A DNA stretch of 63,468 nt, filler included, from Octopus bimaculoides (GCF_001194135.2; 4 parts of 4 records of this genome joined end to end with filler, not necessarily neighbours in it); one strand, 5' to 3'. Shown: positions 13,205 to 26,901, numbered from the whole stretch's first letter. Notes: generated from the letters alone by a model not told the origin. Program-made: numbers and translations.

Positions 13205-13385
13205 ATTTCACCATGATAGATCGCTGACCACTACACCTTTTTTTCTTTCTGTGTTCCTTTCAGTTGAAGAGCGCATGTTCGAAACGTTAAAGACTTTCTC
13301 TATTCCCGAGCGTTATACTAATACATCCATTTGTTGTTTACACCACCTGTCTTCGTCTGTTGTTTTTTTCGTGAATTCTCCCTAT
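13205..13385 (+). mobile_element. Short hammerhead-bearing element (family H2), copy 1
   Basis: Homologous over about 130 bp to the reverse complement of 16497-16630 (shared AAAGACTTTC..TATTCCCGAGCGT.ATACTAATA..TTTACACCACCTGTC.TCGTCTGTTGTT..TTCTCC.TATAT); adjacent to (TA)n. Confidence 0.75.
13257..13292 (+). ncRNA. Minimal hammerhead-like motif with a degenerate core
   Basis: CUUU-CAGUUGA-A-GAGC(GCAU)GUUC-GAAA-C-G-UU^-AAAG; the core differs from CUGANGA at two positions. Confidence 0.5.
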
Positions 13386-15699
13386 ATGAAGTGAATGTAT
13401 GTACACGAATGTACGTTCTTTGCTAAAGATAGTAGCTGAAAAGTTATCGGTGCTATGTAGGGTTTCGCTGAATGTTTAACAGGCAGAAATGTTTCTGGCC
13501 GGTGAATATAGGAGAATTGTGTCTTACCTCTACGAGGACCGGTAGAGGAATGAAGGATAATCCAAGACTGCATATTTAGGTCGGATGACTGCCCCGTCCA
13601 CGGCACCAACCATACTCTCTTCAATGGCAGCGGTGCACCATTGAAACCTATTTTATTGATTCTGTGATATAGGGATTCATTTTTTACTTGATTCATTCCA
13701 CACCATTAAAACATTTTGTGAATTAACTTTTGTTTCTTATGTCTCTAGCGCTCTTCTAGTACTCTTATTTACATTTTCGATGGATGGACAACAAATTTAA
13801 AGCACTTCCTTATTTGAACTCAAGAGAAATCTATGTCTCATATCATGTTAAGCTTATTGTTTATGTACTGAATATGTTAAATACGTCTTACCAATTTTGT
13901 AGTTTAGCCGTATTTAACATAGTTAGCGTTTAGCGTTGCCTTGCCTGTTTTATAACCTTTCAATAACGTAATATCTGCTTTGTGATCCATATAGGATGAC
14001 ATGTGATTGGATGTAATTAAAAGTAATCTTTATGGGAATAGGTATTTTATCTCTCCTGGTTGGAAGAATTTACCTAAGCTAGGTATCTCTCCAAGCAAAT
14101 CTAGTTACTTCTGATAGCTAATTCATCTCAACAGCTTGATTTTCAGCAGACTCTTTTTGTCCAACAATACACATGAACCCCATTATAACTTCTACATAAA
14201 TTTCACTGTGACCACTATAGTATAGCAATTAGCTTTAGCGCTACGTCATCTATGGAAATAAAGATAAACATTCTTGTAGGTTATCTTAGAAGTTGTCCTA
14301 TTGTTTCCATACAATTTGTTTCTCTTTCTTATGCATAGGGAACAGGTGTGGCGTTACTGAAATGTTTTGTGCGGGAGTTTGGTGTGTCTTATAGATTTCA
14401 ACTGTTGTTCGACATAAGTTCGTCATTCATCGAAGCTCAGTGAACAAATATTTCCACAAGTATTTTCTTGCCATGAGTATGTTACGGACAGGTCAAGTAC
14501 ATTGCATTTCTCTTGCAGCAAATTGTAAAGAAAACGAACATTGCTTGTCCGTCAATTATGTAGACGAAGTCTTTTTTTGGTGGCCATTGATAGGATTAAT
14601 AATAATGATTTCTTTTATTATATTTTTGAAGAAATAATAACAACGACAGCAATAACAACAACAACAACAATAATAATAGTTTTATCCAAGATGCTAAACT
14701 AGATACAACACGAATACAAATGTAGCAGGTGGAAATTCAAACTGCTTTTGTATATTGATGGTCTCAACTTATTCACTGTTAACTATAATAAAGATTTGCT
14801 TCCTAACATACATAGATATACAACAGGTATTAAATCACATTAAGCAAATATATACCTTGGCGATTAAAGTAAAATACAGAGATGGATTTTCAAGAAAGTA
14901 GAACTACTGATATAATAATATAACAATTGAAAGAGAAGGAAATGAAAATTAAATCAAAAAGAAGGCATAGAATATGAAATACGAAGAAATTTATGACTTT
15001 CCAAGAGTACAAAACACACTTACGAAATATGAAGGTAAGAACGAATATTAGATTTAAATGAAGCCCAAAGGATAAAACAATATGTAGCAATATCCATTTT
15101 GTCACTAAGCAGATTAAGAAATTAATTTAAAAAGCGTAAGCTTTCTAATTTAGCAATTTACGACTACAAGGACATAGCAGTCATGCGAATTTAGAGAGCT
15201 ATTATAACATATACTAAATATATGTTATAATACTTCCCAGGATAAAATATTTTAAAAGAATTAGCATGGGCTGGATGCACACGCTGGCATTCTCTTTACA
15301 TTAGATTAATACAACAAAAATATAAAACGGGTATCAAGAATATCAAGTTTTAATGCTAGATGACAACATTTCTTCCTACACTTCACACCAACTTTAAGTT
15401 GCTGAGTTTAAATTCATATATTCTTCTAGAAGATTATTCTTTATAATTACTATATAGTTGAATATTTCTTCAGCAACAGCCGTGTTTGAGCCTCTCATCG
15501 AGAGGAATACCATTAATTCTAGTTGGATTTTTCTAAATACTCTGAGTATATGATGTATATTTTTATCAACCAATCAAAGCATGAAATTCCCGGTGACGTA
15601 AGTATAAGCATATAAGTAACATTATAAATATTATTATATTATTCTCACACACACACACACAGACACATAAATATATATATACGAACGTACATACGAAGG

Positions 15700-15910
15700 G
15701 ATTTGTGTCCTGTGTGTCCCCACCCGTAGCTTGACAACCGGTGTTAGTGTCTTTACGTAAGCGTAATTTAGTGATTCGGCAAAACAAATCGAGGGAATAA
15801 ATATCATACTTTAAAAATAAATTACTGGGGTCTATTCATTCAGCTAAAAAATTTTCAAGGTGTACCAGCATGGCTTTGTAATGATTTAAAAAAGTAAACG
15901 ATAAAAGATA
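15700..15910 (+). mobile_element. SINE family B, decayed 3' half
   Basis: GCTTGACAACCGGTGTTAGTGT..TTCGGCAAAA..CTGGGGTC..CCAGCATGG aligns with 54240-54430. Confidence 0.7.
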
Positions 15911-16139
15911 CAGACATAATTTAACACAAAATCTGAGACAGTAATGACAAGTGTTTAAAATATATCTTATTCATGAAAATATGATTGTCTCGGCACATGA
16001 TAGATATTTTGTGAGTATATAACATAGATTTATAAGTTTGATAATTTTGAGATAACACAGAGTTCAGTTAGTAAGTGGTAACAAATACTAAGATCTTAAC
16101 AGGTTAAGTGTCAACTAGTATTGAGTAGTCTATTACTTT

Positions 16140-16424
16140 TTGTCATATCATACAATACACACACATGCGCACACACAAACACACACACACACACACACAC
16201 ACGTATGCACACAAACTCACACATATTTTAATAAGTCTGTAATGCATACATACACAAGCACACATATATATATACATACGTACATACACAACACATATAT
16301 ACACATATATGTATGTATATGCTTATATGTGCATACATGTATATGGACATATGTGTGTATATTTGTGTTTACCATCGCGTTCATCTTTACATATACAACA
16401 TATACATATACAATTCCTTTATAC

Positions 16425-16480
<56 letters not shown>

Positions 16481-16500
16481 ATATATATATATATATATAG
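16140..16500. repeat. (CA)n/(TA)n/(TATC)n microsatellites
   Basis: Directly visible. Confidence 0.95.
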
Positions 16501-16655
16501 GAGAATATACAAAAAATAACAACAGACGAGGACAGGTGGTGTAAATAACAAAAGTATATATTAGTATGACGCTCGGGAATACGGAAAGTCTTTGACGTTT
16601 CGAGCTACGCTCTTCAACAGAAAGAATACGGAGACAAGGAGAAAAACACGGAAGG

Positions 16656-16660
<5 letters not shown>
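16497..16660 (-). mobile_element. Short hammerhead-bearing element (family H2), copy 2
   Basis: Reverse-complement homologue of 13205-13385, sitting between (TA)n and (TG)n. Confidence 0.75.
16589..16625 (-). ncRNA. Minimal type I hammerhead motif with A6U core variant
   Basis: Minus strand reads UCUUU-CUGUUGA-A-GAGC(GUA)GCUC-GAAA-C-G-UC^-AAAGA: perfect 5-bp helix I, 4-bp helix II, GUC cleavage triplet. Confidence 0.65.
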
Positions 16661-16686
<26 letters not shown>

Positions 16687-17334
16687 TGTGTATATATGTT
16701 AATATGTGTGTGTATATATGTGTGTGTGTATATATGTGTGTATGTATATATATGTGTGCGTGTATGTATATACAGATAGATAGACGATAGACAGGTACAT
16801 ATAGGTACACATATACATATACATATATTCGTACATGTATCCAACAGCAGCACAAGTAAAATCACAATCACTCTCCTATCGATAGTGATGCTTATACTGC
16901 TGCTGATGATGATGATTGTCGGTATCATTGTTTAACATTCACTTTGTTGCATAGAAGTTGTAAAAGATTGCTCTGCAATGCAACATATTCCCAGTTGGTT
17001 TCGCATTATCTCCTTCGTGCAGGAAAACTGATAAATCATCTTGCTAAAATACGGAACCCAGTGGAAATGAATAAGTACACTGTCGGTAAGAATGGTATAA
17101 TCGTGAAGGCTTTGTAAGTTCTGTGCGTCTGATTATGTCTGGAGGACGGTTCTCTGACGTGCTGATGAAGCATCATTTTGGTATCCGAGTTGCATTCCAG
17201 AATTTTAAAGACTTTTTTCGGATGAGACATTTATTGAATTCACAAAAGTACGAAGCCATAATCTCCTTCAAATTTGGATTCTCTGACTTCAATACTCTTG
17301 TTGTTGTGCTCCTAAGTGAAGATGTACAAGACCT

Positions 17335-17480
17335 TGTAACAGCCTCCAGAGTTTTGCTTCAGCTTGGGAAACAACTAAAAGTTACGGGAGCAAGGTTTGG
17401 ACTATAGGCACGGTGAGGGACAGTTTTGGTGCCTATCTCTCTGAAACAGTTAAACAGCGGGATGGAATTGTGACTAGCAG
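17335..17480 (-). mobile_element. Mariner (Tc1/mariner) transposase remnant
   Basis: Minus strand translates to HNSIPLFNCFREIGTKTVPHRAYSPNLAP-NF*LFPKLKQ, matching HPPYSPDLAPCDFWLFPKLK; contains a stop and a frameshift. Confidence 0.8.
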
Positions 17481-17925
17481 CATTAAGTAAGGTGTGTTGA
17501 AAGTGCTATTACAGCCGTCTAATCCATTCTGGAATAGAATGTTGGGTGGTCAGCTTATTATATGTGTAGTAATGATTTACTGAATTTTCAAGTATCTAGG
17601 ACAGTTACAACTATAGTTATATTTTATGATATGATTTATACATTATAATGTATTTAGCTCCACAAACATAGGCACTTACTTTTAAGGAATGTATCCTATA
17701 ACATTTAAACGGCATCTGGAGATATCTGCATATGACATACGAGAGAAATTACAGATACTCGGTTACATCTCGTCAAACACCTGTGTACGTGAATAGGTGA
17801 TGATGTCATAGGACATACAATATATGGGAGTCGAGAATGAGCAACGTCTATCTTAACGAAACAGAGAAACTGGAACTGCATTTGATTTGATACCTTCAGG
17901 AAGGCTAGATGACCAGGTAGGAAGA

Positions 17926-17984
<59 letters not shown>

Positions 17985-18102
17985 CATTGCTTTTTTCTCC
18001 TATCTCTCTTTTCACTCTCTCTCTCTATATATATCTTCGTATACAATATGTATATTTTAATATATACATACACAACTTTACATATGTACATGCATATATG
18101 CT

Positions 18103-18133
<31 letters not shown>

Positions 18134-21069
18134 ATAAACAAAAATACTAGTATGATGTGTATAAGCATATATTACACACACACTAACACACACACATACA
18201 TAAATATGGAGAGAGAGGGAGAGAGAAGATGCGAAGTGAAGCAAATGCATACGTAGAAGGGAAGGTACGATAATAGAGTAATAGCTAACTATAGACTGAC
18301 ACATATTTACATGTGAATATATACGCTAGTATAATTGAAACTTTGAGAGATTTCGCAGGAAATGAACTACTTCCGGCTGTGGATGCATGTGAGCTTGATT
18401 CTCTCGTTGTGTGCATATCTTCACAAGCGTATAAGAATGGACACGTGTTTCTATGCATATGCGAATATGCGTGTGTGCGCACACACGTGTGTTTATTACG
18501 CATATACTCATATATATGTATATGTATATATTATGTGTACATATATAGAATACGCATATATGCCAGATATATATTTTCATTTTCTCATTTCAATTAATAC
18601 CCACGCGAATGCCCGATTTTATATAAGCTTTGTGCCTTTACCTTCAGAATTCGCTATCCAACAACGAACCCAGCTTGTCATTGTATAGTCACATTCTATA
18701 GAGTTACTGGGAACCTTTTATCGTCTATTTTTGCCTGTGTGCTTGTAAATGGAAGGAAGTTACAACAGAGTTACAAAATGACTCTAGAGGCTACTATTGC
18801 GTTCATAGCATTTATGAATCTTATGCAAATTATTTTTAACAGCAAAATTAACATGCGTTCATTTATTCTCTTACTTGTGTCAATCATTTGACTGTGACTG
18901 GGTATAACTTGCCTATACTGAGTCACAATCTTGACATCAACAAAAGGTTGTGAGCATACCTAATGTCCTACACTTTAAGACACGTCCTTGTTCTTCCATA
19001 TATAGTGGCCCTGGTCTATTCGCAAATTATGACAGAGGTTAGGGGATTGCATTTACATTTCATCATCCAATTATGGAACAGGGCATGCTATCCCAGAATC
19101 CGTATATCAAGTGATAGAAGAGATATTGCTGCGTCCTTCTACCAAGTCTACCTCTAGTACTTGCTTTAAGAGCATATCGATTTGTTCAGATGCCCAGAGA
19201 TGTAATATTTGCTTGATGTGGTTTATGACCTCTGATAAATATGTGTTTCAGTTGGTCACAGTTTTCTAGCTTACAGATCTTTTCTGAGTTGTCATTCATG
19301 TTCAACATCTCTCATTAGTTAGCAACGCTAGCAAACGAATGTTGATAGCCAAACTTGTGTCACTCAAAGCAACACCGTTACTCATTAAAATTTGCTTGTT
19401 TTTATTTTTCCTTTGGTAAAATGCACATGTGAATGCTTCAATGGCTGTGGATTTTGTTGGTAAAACTAATTCTGAAATTGCTTTGAACTCTTAAAATATG
19501 ATCATGATTTTAGACCTGCTATAAAATGTGTGTTTTATTGCTTTTGTGTCTCCTGTGTGCTATAAAGTTCATCTTCACATTTTAAGGGCTTTTCTCTAAT
19601 AAAAAAAAAATAATCATATTGATTTGGAGTGTTAACAAAGAGATAAAAATATGATTACGTCAAGTATACAGGGTCTAATATGTCCCCCGAAACAGAGTAA
19701 ACAATTATCAGGTTCCAGAATCTTCCTTGCTCGAAATTTCCTACAATATTTTTCTTTCAGTTGAACTAAAGAATCGAAAATACTCTATGTGAGCTAAAAT
19801 CTTGTCTCTTTCTAAATTTGAGTGCCTCTTTCATTCGTTTGCCCGCTGACCCATATGCATATATGTGTGTGTGTACATCTATGTATGTGTATGTATGTAT
19901 GTATGTATGTATGTATGTACGTACGTATGTGTATGTATGTATGTATGTAAGTACATATATGCATATAATGTATATAAGAAATTCTATGACACGCAAAAGT
20001 GAGTTTAAAACATCTGAAGGCAATAGAACTTGGAGATGAATCAATATATAACAAAAATCATTAATTTTTTATTAATTAAATTTTTATATGGATTCGATTT
20101 ACAATTTGAAATTTCAAAACTAAAACTAAAATAATACACTTAAGTGTCATCGATTTCGGGTTATCAATTCTAGATTTCCATCATCAAAAATACTTCTTCA
20201 AAACAAGGCAAGTAAGACAGAGATAGATCAAATATTAGAATCTAATATGAACCAATTTTCCTATATCTTTTATTTCTTATTTTTAATTCATTCTTCTACA
20301 TTTAATCATTTTATTTCATAGATATTTTGTGCTTTTGGTTATATTTTCGGGTAGGATTTTTTCTTCACGAAGTCGAAATAACTTTACTACACACAAAACC
20401 GTATATGTTTAATTACCAACATTTTTCATATACTCTTCATTTTCTCCAATCTTGGAGACGGCGGGAAATTGGATTTCATTTCAAGAACGCATATTTTGGG
20501 AAACAGATAAAGCGATGTTATTTTGGGCTCGGCTCTACTGAGCTTGGCCTCGTATTTAACTATGAAAAAAATTCACTTCCTGTAAGGATATTTCTGTGTG
20601 CCAAATTGGTAACAAAAGATGTCAGCCGTTGCACACAAACACTGACACAGACATACAAACACACGTGCATACAGATACATGTATGCATGTTTATATTCTT
20701 TCATGCACGTATACATGTGTTCATGAGCGTGTGTACAGATATTGAAAGGATAAAACAGACACCCACATACACAGTAACACAGACACGAAGACACACATAC
20801 ATATACGCATGCGTATGCATAAGTGTGTGTGCATGTACATATGTATATGTGAAAACAAATATGCATACATAGATACATTTTATATTATACATATATATAT
20901 ATGTATATGTAAATATATATATNNNNNNNNNNCATATATATGTACATATATACATACACACACACACATATATATATATACACATACATATACACTTATA
21001 TACACATATAATAAACAGTCCTGTTAACCCCCAATAGAGTTTAAAAGCCTGCGAGCTAAAAACAGTAAT

Positions 21070-21470
21070 AAGATACCTAATCAATATTTTTCAAAGGAAA
21101 ATATTTTATAAAGCAAATCCCTACTATAACAGTAGCTTAACAGCAGTTTACGAGATAGAATATCATACAGACCTTCATTTAAAAATATAAAGCCTGAAAT
21201 AGGCACCTAAAAGAATAACAAGGTTCATCCCGCCCTTTTCTTCTTAAATTTTAAACCTAACATCGGCAAGAAATTTCTGACATTATTTAATAAGCATTTC
21301 TTAGTAAACCTCGAATACTGGAAGATTTTTAATGGATACTTGATAAAAGAAAACACATAGGGAGCTACTGCCCCAATATAATGGACATTAACGCACACAA
21401 GTCACACTAAAAGGCGACGCCCAGTTATATTTGTCGAAAGCCTGAAACTTTCCCGCTCGAACAAACGCGA
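21070..21470 (+). mobile_element. Penelope-like element remnant (RT to GIY-YIG linker region)
   Basis: Translates with frameshifts to KANPYYNSSL..RFIPPFS..KPNIGKKFLTLFNKHF..KIFN..SYCPN, matching the WFNPPFS..VKTNIGK.FL.L..KHF..KIFN....SYSC.PN motif of Penelope-like elements. Confidence 0.65.
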
Positions 21471-22656
21471 ATCCAAAACTCAGCTGTTTAAGGAGCAATT
21501 GTTTAAAGCCGTTATGCAATCCACCATTCAAATCCATTTGAAAAGAAATTCACTCTTACATATCATTTATATACACATTTAACCTATAAATGTCAACGCG
21601 TTAGAGGTGGCAAAGGACAGCCGTAACCCTTCGTGAGTGGTGTAATATAAGAAAATACTACACTAGGAAAATGTAAATAAATAAACATTTGATGAGAAAT
21701 ATTGGTGCTATTTAGGAATTAAATTGTTCAGGCCACAATCGCCAGCGATTCTAAGAAAAAAAGCATTTTGCATTTAACACACAAGGTGCACAAAAGCAAT
21801 GCAGCAATCACGAGCTAATATTTTTCATTTATCGGTCTACAGTATATAAAACTTAGTATCGACCCAATAATATCATTACCAGTCTGGAAAATCATTTACA
21901 TGTCATCCTGAATGGAGTTCTCTGCCTATTGTTCTCAAATAGAGTAATCTCGCTATCACATCTCACTTTCAAATGAAGACTTCCTGCTTATTACCAACAT
22001 ATAGATGAATACCTATGCACCTTATATTAATAAACTGCAGTTAAAGGATGGTGACAGTGAATTCAATTCAGGAATGAATAACTTATTACATCTTACTTGT
22101 AATGTTGTCTTCGTATTCTGACATCGCTTTAAAAGTAGAAAATATTGTTTCACCTAAAAGCAACAAAACGAAGTTTTAGGTAGCCTGTGGAAGATTAGGT
22201 AGTTAGCATACCTTGATATAATAGAATACGTTCGGCAGTAAATCAAACAACCTAGTCTTCAGTGCTACGACGTCGAGAATAATAGCATAAACTAACAGAG
22301 TCTGACTAGCAAGATAATAACTGTCTCCACGGTAGATGACAACGTGGCTACTATCTAAATATATAGCTCGCTGTACAGGAAATTCCCTGTTTGGGCTTCT
22401 GATCATATTGATGGAGTTTGTTTCCTGATCAATCATATATTCTGATTGACGACATCAAACAGACTTAACAAACATCCCGCAAAAATATGTGTGAATTTAA
22501 TGACGGTGACAAAACACACCTACTCGGAAAATGTTAAGAATAACAAATTATTGATTCTCATCATGTCACCGAGTAATCTTTATTACTTCCAAACATACAA
22601 ACATACACATACACTTCAAATATACTTGTGATATGAGCACGTCTGCTTACGCCTGT

Positions 22657-22830
<174 letters not shown>

Positions 22831-23595
22831 GCGTACATATTACACAGTAAAAATGACACAGGCGTGAGGGGTCGTTCGTGAATCATCGTTCTTCATAGAT
22901 ATGTAGATGCACATTTACATAAAATGAAATCTACATGCATAGATACCTACGGATATATTTATCTAAATAGATATATATATATATACATACTTGAGTGTGT
23001 GTGCATGTGTTTATGCGTATTCACATAAAGAAAGACTGAGTGGTAGCAGAACGAGAAAGTTATAGAGTAAGAGACGGAAAAAAAGAGAGAAAAAGAGAGA
23101 AAGAGAGAAAAAGAGACAGACAGACAGACAGACAGACAATCATAGATAGCGTTACGGTTTCCCTTGAAATTTGCACAATTAATAGACATGCTGCAATAAA
23201 TCATTACCTAAACGATTCTAAAGCAATTATAGACATTTACCATGAACAAGGATCCAGTTTTGGGAGATACTAATGACATATTCCAGTCACAAGAACAAGG
23301 TAACATAATTGGAACTATGAAGAATCTAATGGTTTCGGCTTGTGTCCTTTTAGCTTTTTTCTTCTTTTGTCAACTATTAAATCCTGAGCCATGTCATTCA
23401 CCGAAGAAGGTTTGGTTATAACTAGCAATGATCACTCCATTTATTCGGATATATTTACGAGGTTACGTTCTTTTCCAACAATGACCTAGATGTTGGCCGT
23501 TTCTTTCTTTCTTTTTTGTCCTTAGATATAAGGCTGGTGATAGCATCAACAGATATTAGTCGCTGTTATCAGTATTGTCATTCTTGTTTGCGTCG

Positions 23596-23660
23596 TTACT
23601 GTTTAGCCCCACGTCAACACTGATCGACCACTACCTATGATGAAAGATTTTCTGGCTGCA
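23596..23660 (-). mobile_element. Short dispersed repeat, probable retroelement 3' tail
   Basis: GTTTAGCCCCACGTCAACACTGATCGACCACTACCTATGATGAAAG..TTCTGGC is similar to 34143-34205. Confidence 0.45.
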
Positions 23661-23789
23661 CCCAACGCGTCTTCATCTTTGTGATTACCTACCAAATTAA
23701 ATAGTACAATGTAAATGGATCTTCCCTCGGTTGCCAAACCGATTATTGGACGCCGATGAAGAACTTTCTCAATAGTATCTTATTTCATT

Positions 23790-23864
<75 letters not shown>

Positions 23865-23875
23865 GTCTGTCTGTC
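23790..23875. repeat. (TATC)n/(TGTC)n
   Basis: Directly visible. Confidence 0.95.
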
Positions 23876-24159
23876 TATTTATATGTCTATCTACCTTGCC
23901 CTTTCTTGCTCTCCATTCTTCTCTATCTCCTCTTTACCATTTCTATGTATTATTGAAATAAATTATTCATGCGGTGGAATTCCGTAAATTTTGTCGGTTT
24001 TACACGTGTTTCAATGTAGGTACCAACAATACGTTTGCGTAAGAAAATTTATGATAATGTGAAATTGTAATGAATATTTGCCTTCTGAAGTAAATATACA
24101 GTAGCAAAATTAAATGAACAAAGTAGGAACCGAAAATTGCATTATTGTAATATATGATA

Positions 24160-24195
<36 letters not shown>

Positions 24196-24295
24196 NNNNN
24201 NNNNNNNNNNNNNNNNNNNNNNNNNNNNNNNNNNNNNNNTTAATTAATTAANNNNNNNNNNNNNNNNNNNNNNNNNNNNNNNNNNNNNNNNNNNN
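24196..24295. other. Artificial scaffold join: 44 N + TTAATTAATTAA + 44 N
   Basis: The same 100-nt construct recurs at 53001 and 61250; the 12-mer gives stops in all six frames. Confidence 0.9.
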
Positions 24296-24899
24296 ATTCG
24301 TCGACATTATCAGCTTCGAACACTGGTAATATCGGAGAGAACAGAGGGGAATACTTGTAATATATTTAAATTCCATTACAAGTATTGCGTTCATTTTTCT
24401 TTCACTTCTACATTCATACATTCAAACGTTTCAAATGTGAACACGTACTTGAATTCGTGTTGTATATTTAGTTCTCTTCATGGTGAAGGGATCTGCGTAA
24501 AACGCTTGTCCTAACAACGTTTCACATTACATCAAAATATTCTAGCATAGAAATATTTAGGATAGAAATATTTTCATACACAGAATTAATTCAATTTGTA
24601 AGATCCTATAATGTGATGCATAATTTCCCCCAGCTCACTAACTACATAATTTATGCCTCTGGGTCACATGTCTTCTATACTTGTTCTATCGACTGATTAT
24701 TATAAGCAGTCTCTCTGACCAAGAGAGCATGCGCAGTCACAAACTACACCGTAGCTGATTGAAATCTAATTAGGACAAAATCACGTTCCTCCGATTGTCC
24801 GGACTGCGATCTTTTGATGGTCTCCCTAGAGATAATTAGATTACGGCTGGAAATATTTAATTAATTAAAAAGAGATAATATTCTGACGAGATAAACACT

Positions 24900-25300
24900 C
24901 ACAATATCAATGTTGTGAACATTAATAAGCTGACAAGTTGGCAATGCTAATCTGTTAGACAACTTTAATTAATGTGCTGATTATATTATTATATGCTGTG
25001 AATATTAATGTGTTGGCATCATTATGATATCATCATTGATATCTTGCCAACATTATGATGTCAACATTAAGATGCCAAAATTAACAGTATTACGTCAAAT
25101 TTATGTTACTGACATTAACATATATTGTCACATTAAAATGTTAACGGTAATGTATTGACATTAACATATTGTCAACATTAAAATGTTAATTGTAAGATGT
25201 CGACATTAACATATTGTCAGCGTTAAGTTGTGAATATTAAGGTGTCGGCATTAGAACGTTGACATCAAAGTAAAGTCAACATTGAAACGTCAACATTTTA
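24900..25300. repeat. Degenerate minisatellite (about 15-bp subunit, 45-bp period)
   Basis: GACATTAACATATTGTC(A)ACATTAAAATGTTAA recurs at 25111, 25157 and 25202. Confidence 0.75.
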
Positions 25301-25934
25301 AATAAAAACAAAAGATTTATCATTTCAGGTCTTCTACTTTCTATAATTTACATTCATTATGTTACAATCTCCGAAGGCTGTAGGTCAACTTAACTACTAC
25401 AAGCCACGAATGCATGTACATATATATTCCCGAACTTGTGTAAATATGTATAGAATAATATATCAGTTGATTAATGTTACTATATGGTCTGGTTTACATA
25501 TTATTTTATTATAGTATTTAAAAATATATTTTACAATGAAGCACTCAACTCGACTGTCAGTTAATGCATTTTGAAATCTAATGATTACTACGAATATATG
25601 AAAGCGCGCTAATTGAACTTTAAGTAAAAATGAAAGATATGTACTAATCTTTATTAACATTTAGTGGAACTTTTTTTCTTCGTTGGAACTGAGAACTGTC
25701 GTCTGCTCGTTTCGTGATGTTTATATTAGTGCATTTTCTACGTTCATATAAAATAATCACGTACTCCGGTTTGAATCCCACAACGCGGCATCTTGTATCG
25801 ACCAACATCCTGTGAAGGAAATCGGGTAGACAGAAAAGGCGGGTGTCCGTAGAGTGGTTGTACCAAGTTTTGTGTGGTAAACCTAATCCGTTGCCTTTAT
25901 ATTCATGATAGGAATGTTTTCAGCAAGGGGCGAA

Positions 25935-25990
25935 ATACCGCTAAGCATTTCGTCCAGCGTGCTAACAATTCTGCCAGTTCACCACCTAAC
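25935..25990 (-). mobile_element. SINE family A head
   Basis: CGAAATACCGCTAAGCATTTCGTCCAGCGTGCTAACAATTCTGCCAGTTCACCACCT is the reverse complement of the family A head. Confidence 0.8.
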
Positions 25991-26081
25991 TGTAGTTAAA
26001 TTATAACAAACAAACAAAAAAAGATATTCCAACAACCATCTTTAACACCACAACAAACCATTAAAACTACCATTCCCTCTA

Positions 26082-26286
26082 CGAGGGGTCGCTGAAAATT
26101 CCTGGCTTTGGGTAAAAGCTAATACAGGAGGATCAGTTGATCGTGATTTTATTCAACATATTCTCTTCTCAGATTCGCACACTTATTGCAGCGGTCCTTC
26201 AGTTTTTCTCTAAACCCTGTAAAAGAACTCGCAAGGTTCGGCCTCCAACCAGGCCTTAAAGCCAGGAACTTTTCAGCACCCACTTG
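26082..26286 (-). mobile_element. Mariner-derived MITE (about 205 bp) with TA target-site duplication
   Basis: TIRs CGAGGGGTCGCTGAAAATTCCTGGCTTT and AAAGCCAGGAACTTTTCAGCACCCACTTG, with TA on both sides. The interior encodes EKLKDRCNKCANLRREYVE*, typical of a mariner transposase C-terminus. Confidence 0.9.
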
Positions 26287-26302
26287 TACAACACCATTAC
26301 GA

Positions 26303-26427
26303 AATATTGGTTCCAAAGTTTGGCACAAGGCCAGCAATTTCGGGAAAGGGGACAAGTCGATTACATCGACTTTATTCAACCGGCACTTTGTCCGGCGTGA
26401 TAAAGATTCAGCCAGCTCACCGCCTTG
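26303..26427 (-). mobile_element. SINE family A, internally deleted copy
   Basis: Retains the tail (GGCACAAGGCCAGCAATTT..GTCGATTACATCGAC) and the head (CAGCTCACCGCCTT); the middle is missing. Confidence 0.8.
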
Positions 26428-26649
26428 CTATTACGAAATAATACCATGATTGTAATTAACACCACTACCACCAGCATTACTACAACTGCTATTAATACCA
26501 GCTACACCACTATAGTTTATACCATCATCACCTCTATTACCGTTTTCACCAAACTGTGGAGGGGAAGGGGTGAGGGTGAAACATGTAAATTACCGCCCAA
26601 AAGCTATTTCTGATGTTTACAATGTCAACAAACACATATCTGTGTAAAC

Positions 26650-26666
26650 ACTGTGATGTGTGTTAT

Positions 26667-26704
<38 letters not shown>

Positions 26705-26849
26705 TGTGTGTGTGTGTGTGTGTGACTGCGTGTCCATGTGTGTATGTGTGTGTGTACGTATATGTGTGCATGTGTCAATGAATGTATACTTGTATTAGTA
26801 TATATATACACACACACACACACGCAGAGGGACAGACAGACAGACAGGA

Positions 26850-26886
<37 letters not shown>

Positions 26887-26901
26887 TACAGACAGACAGA
26901 C

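Noticed and set aside
15200-15232. Perfect 14-bp AT-rich inverted repeat
   Set aside because: Short and nearly all A/T; expected occasionally at this base composition.
20327-20872. 181-aa ORF
   Set aside because: GTG/TTG-type start, runs into (CA)/(TA) repeats, and has no motif.
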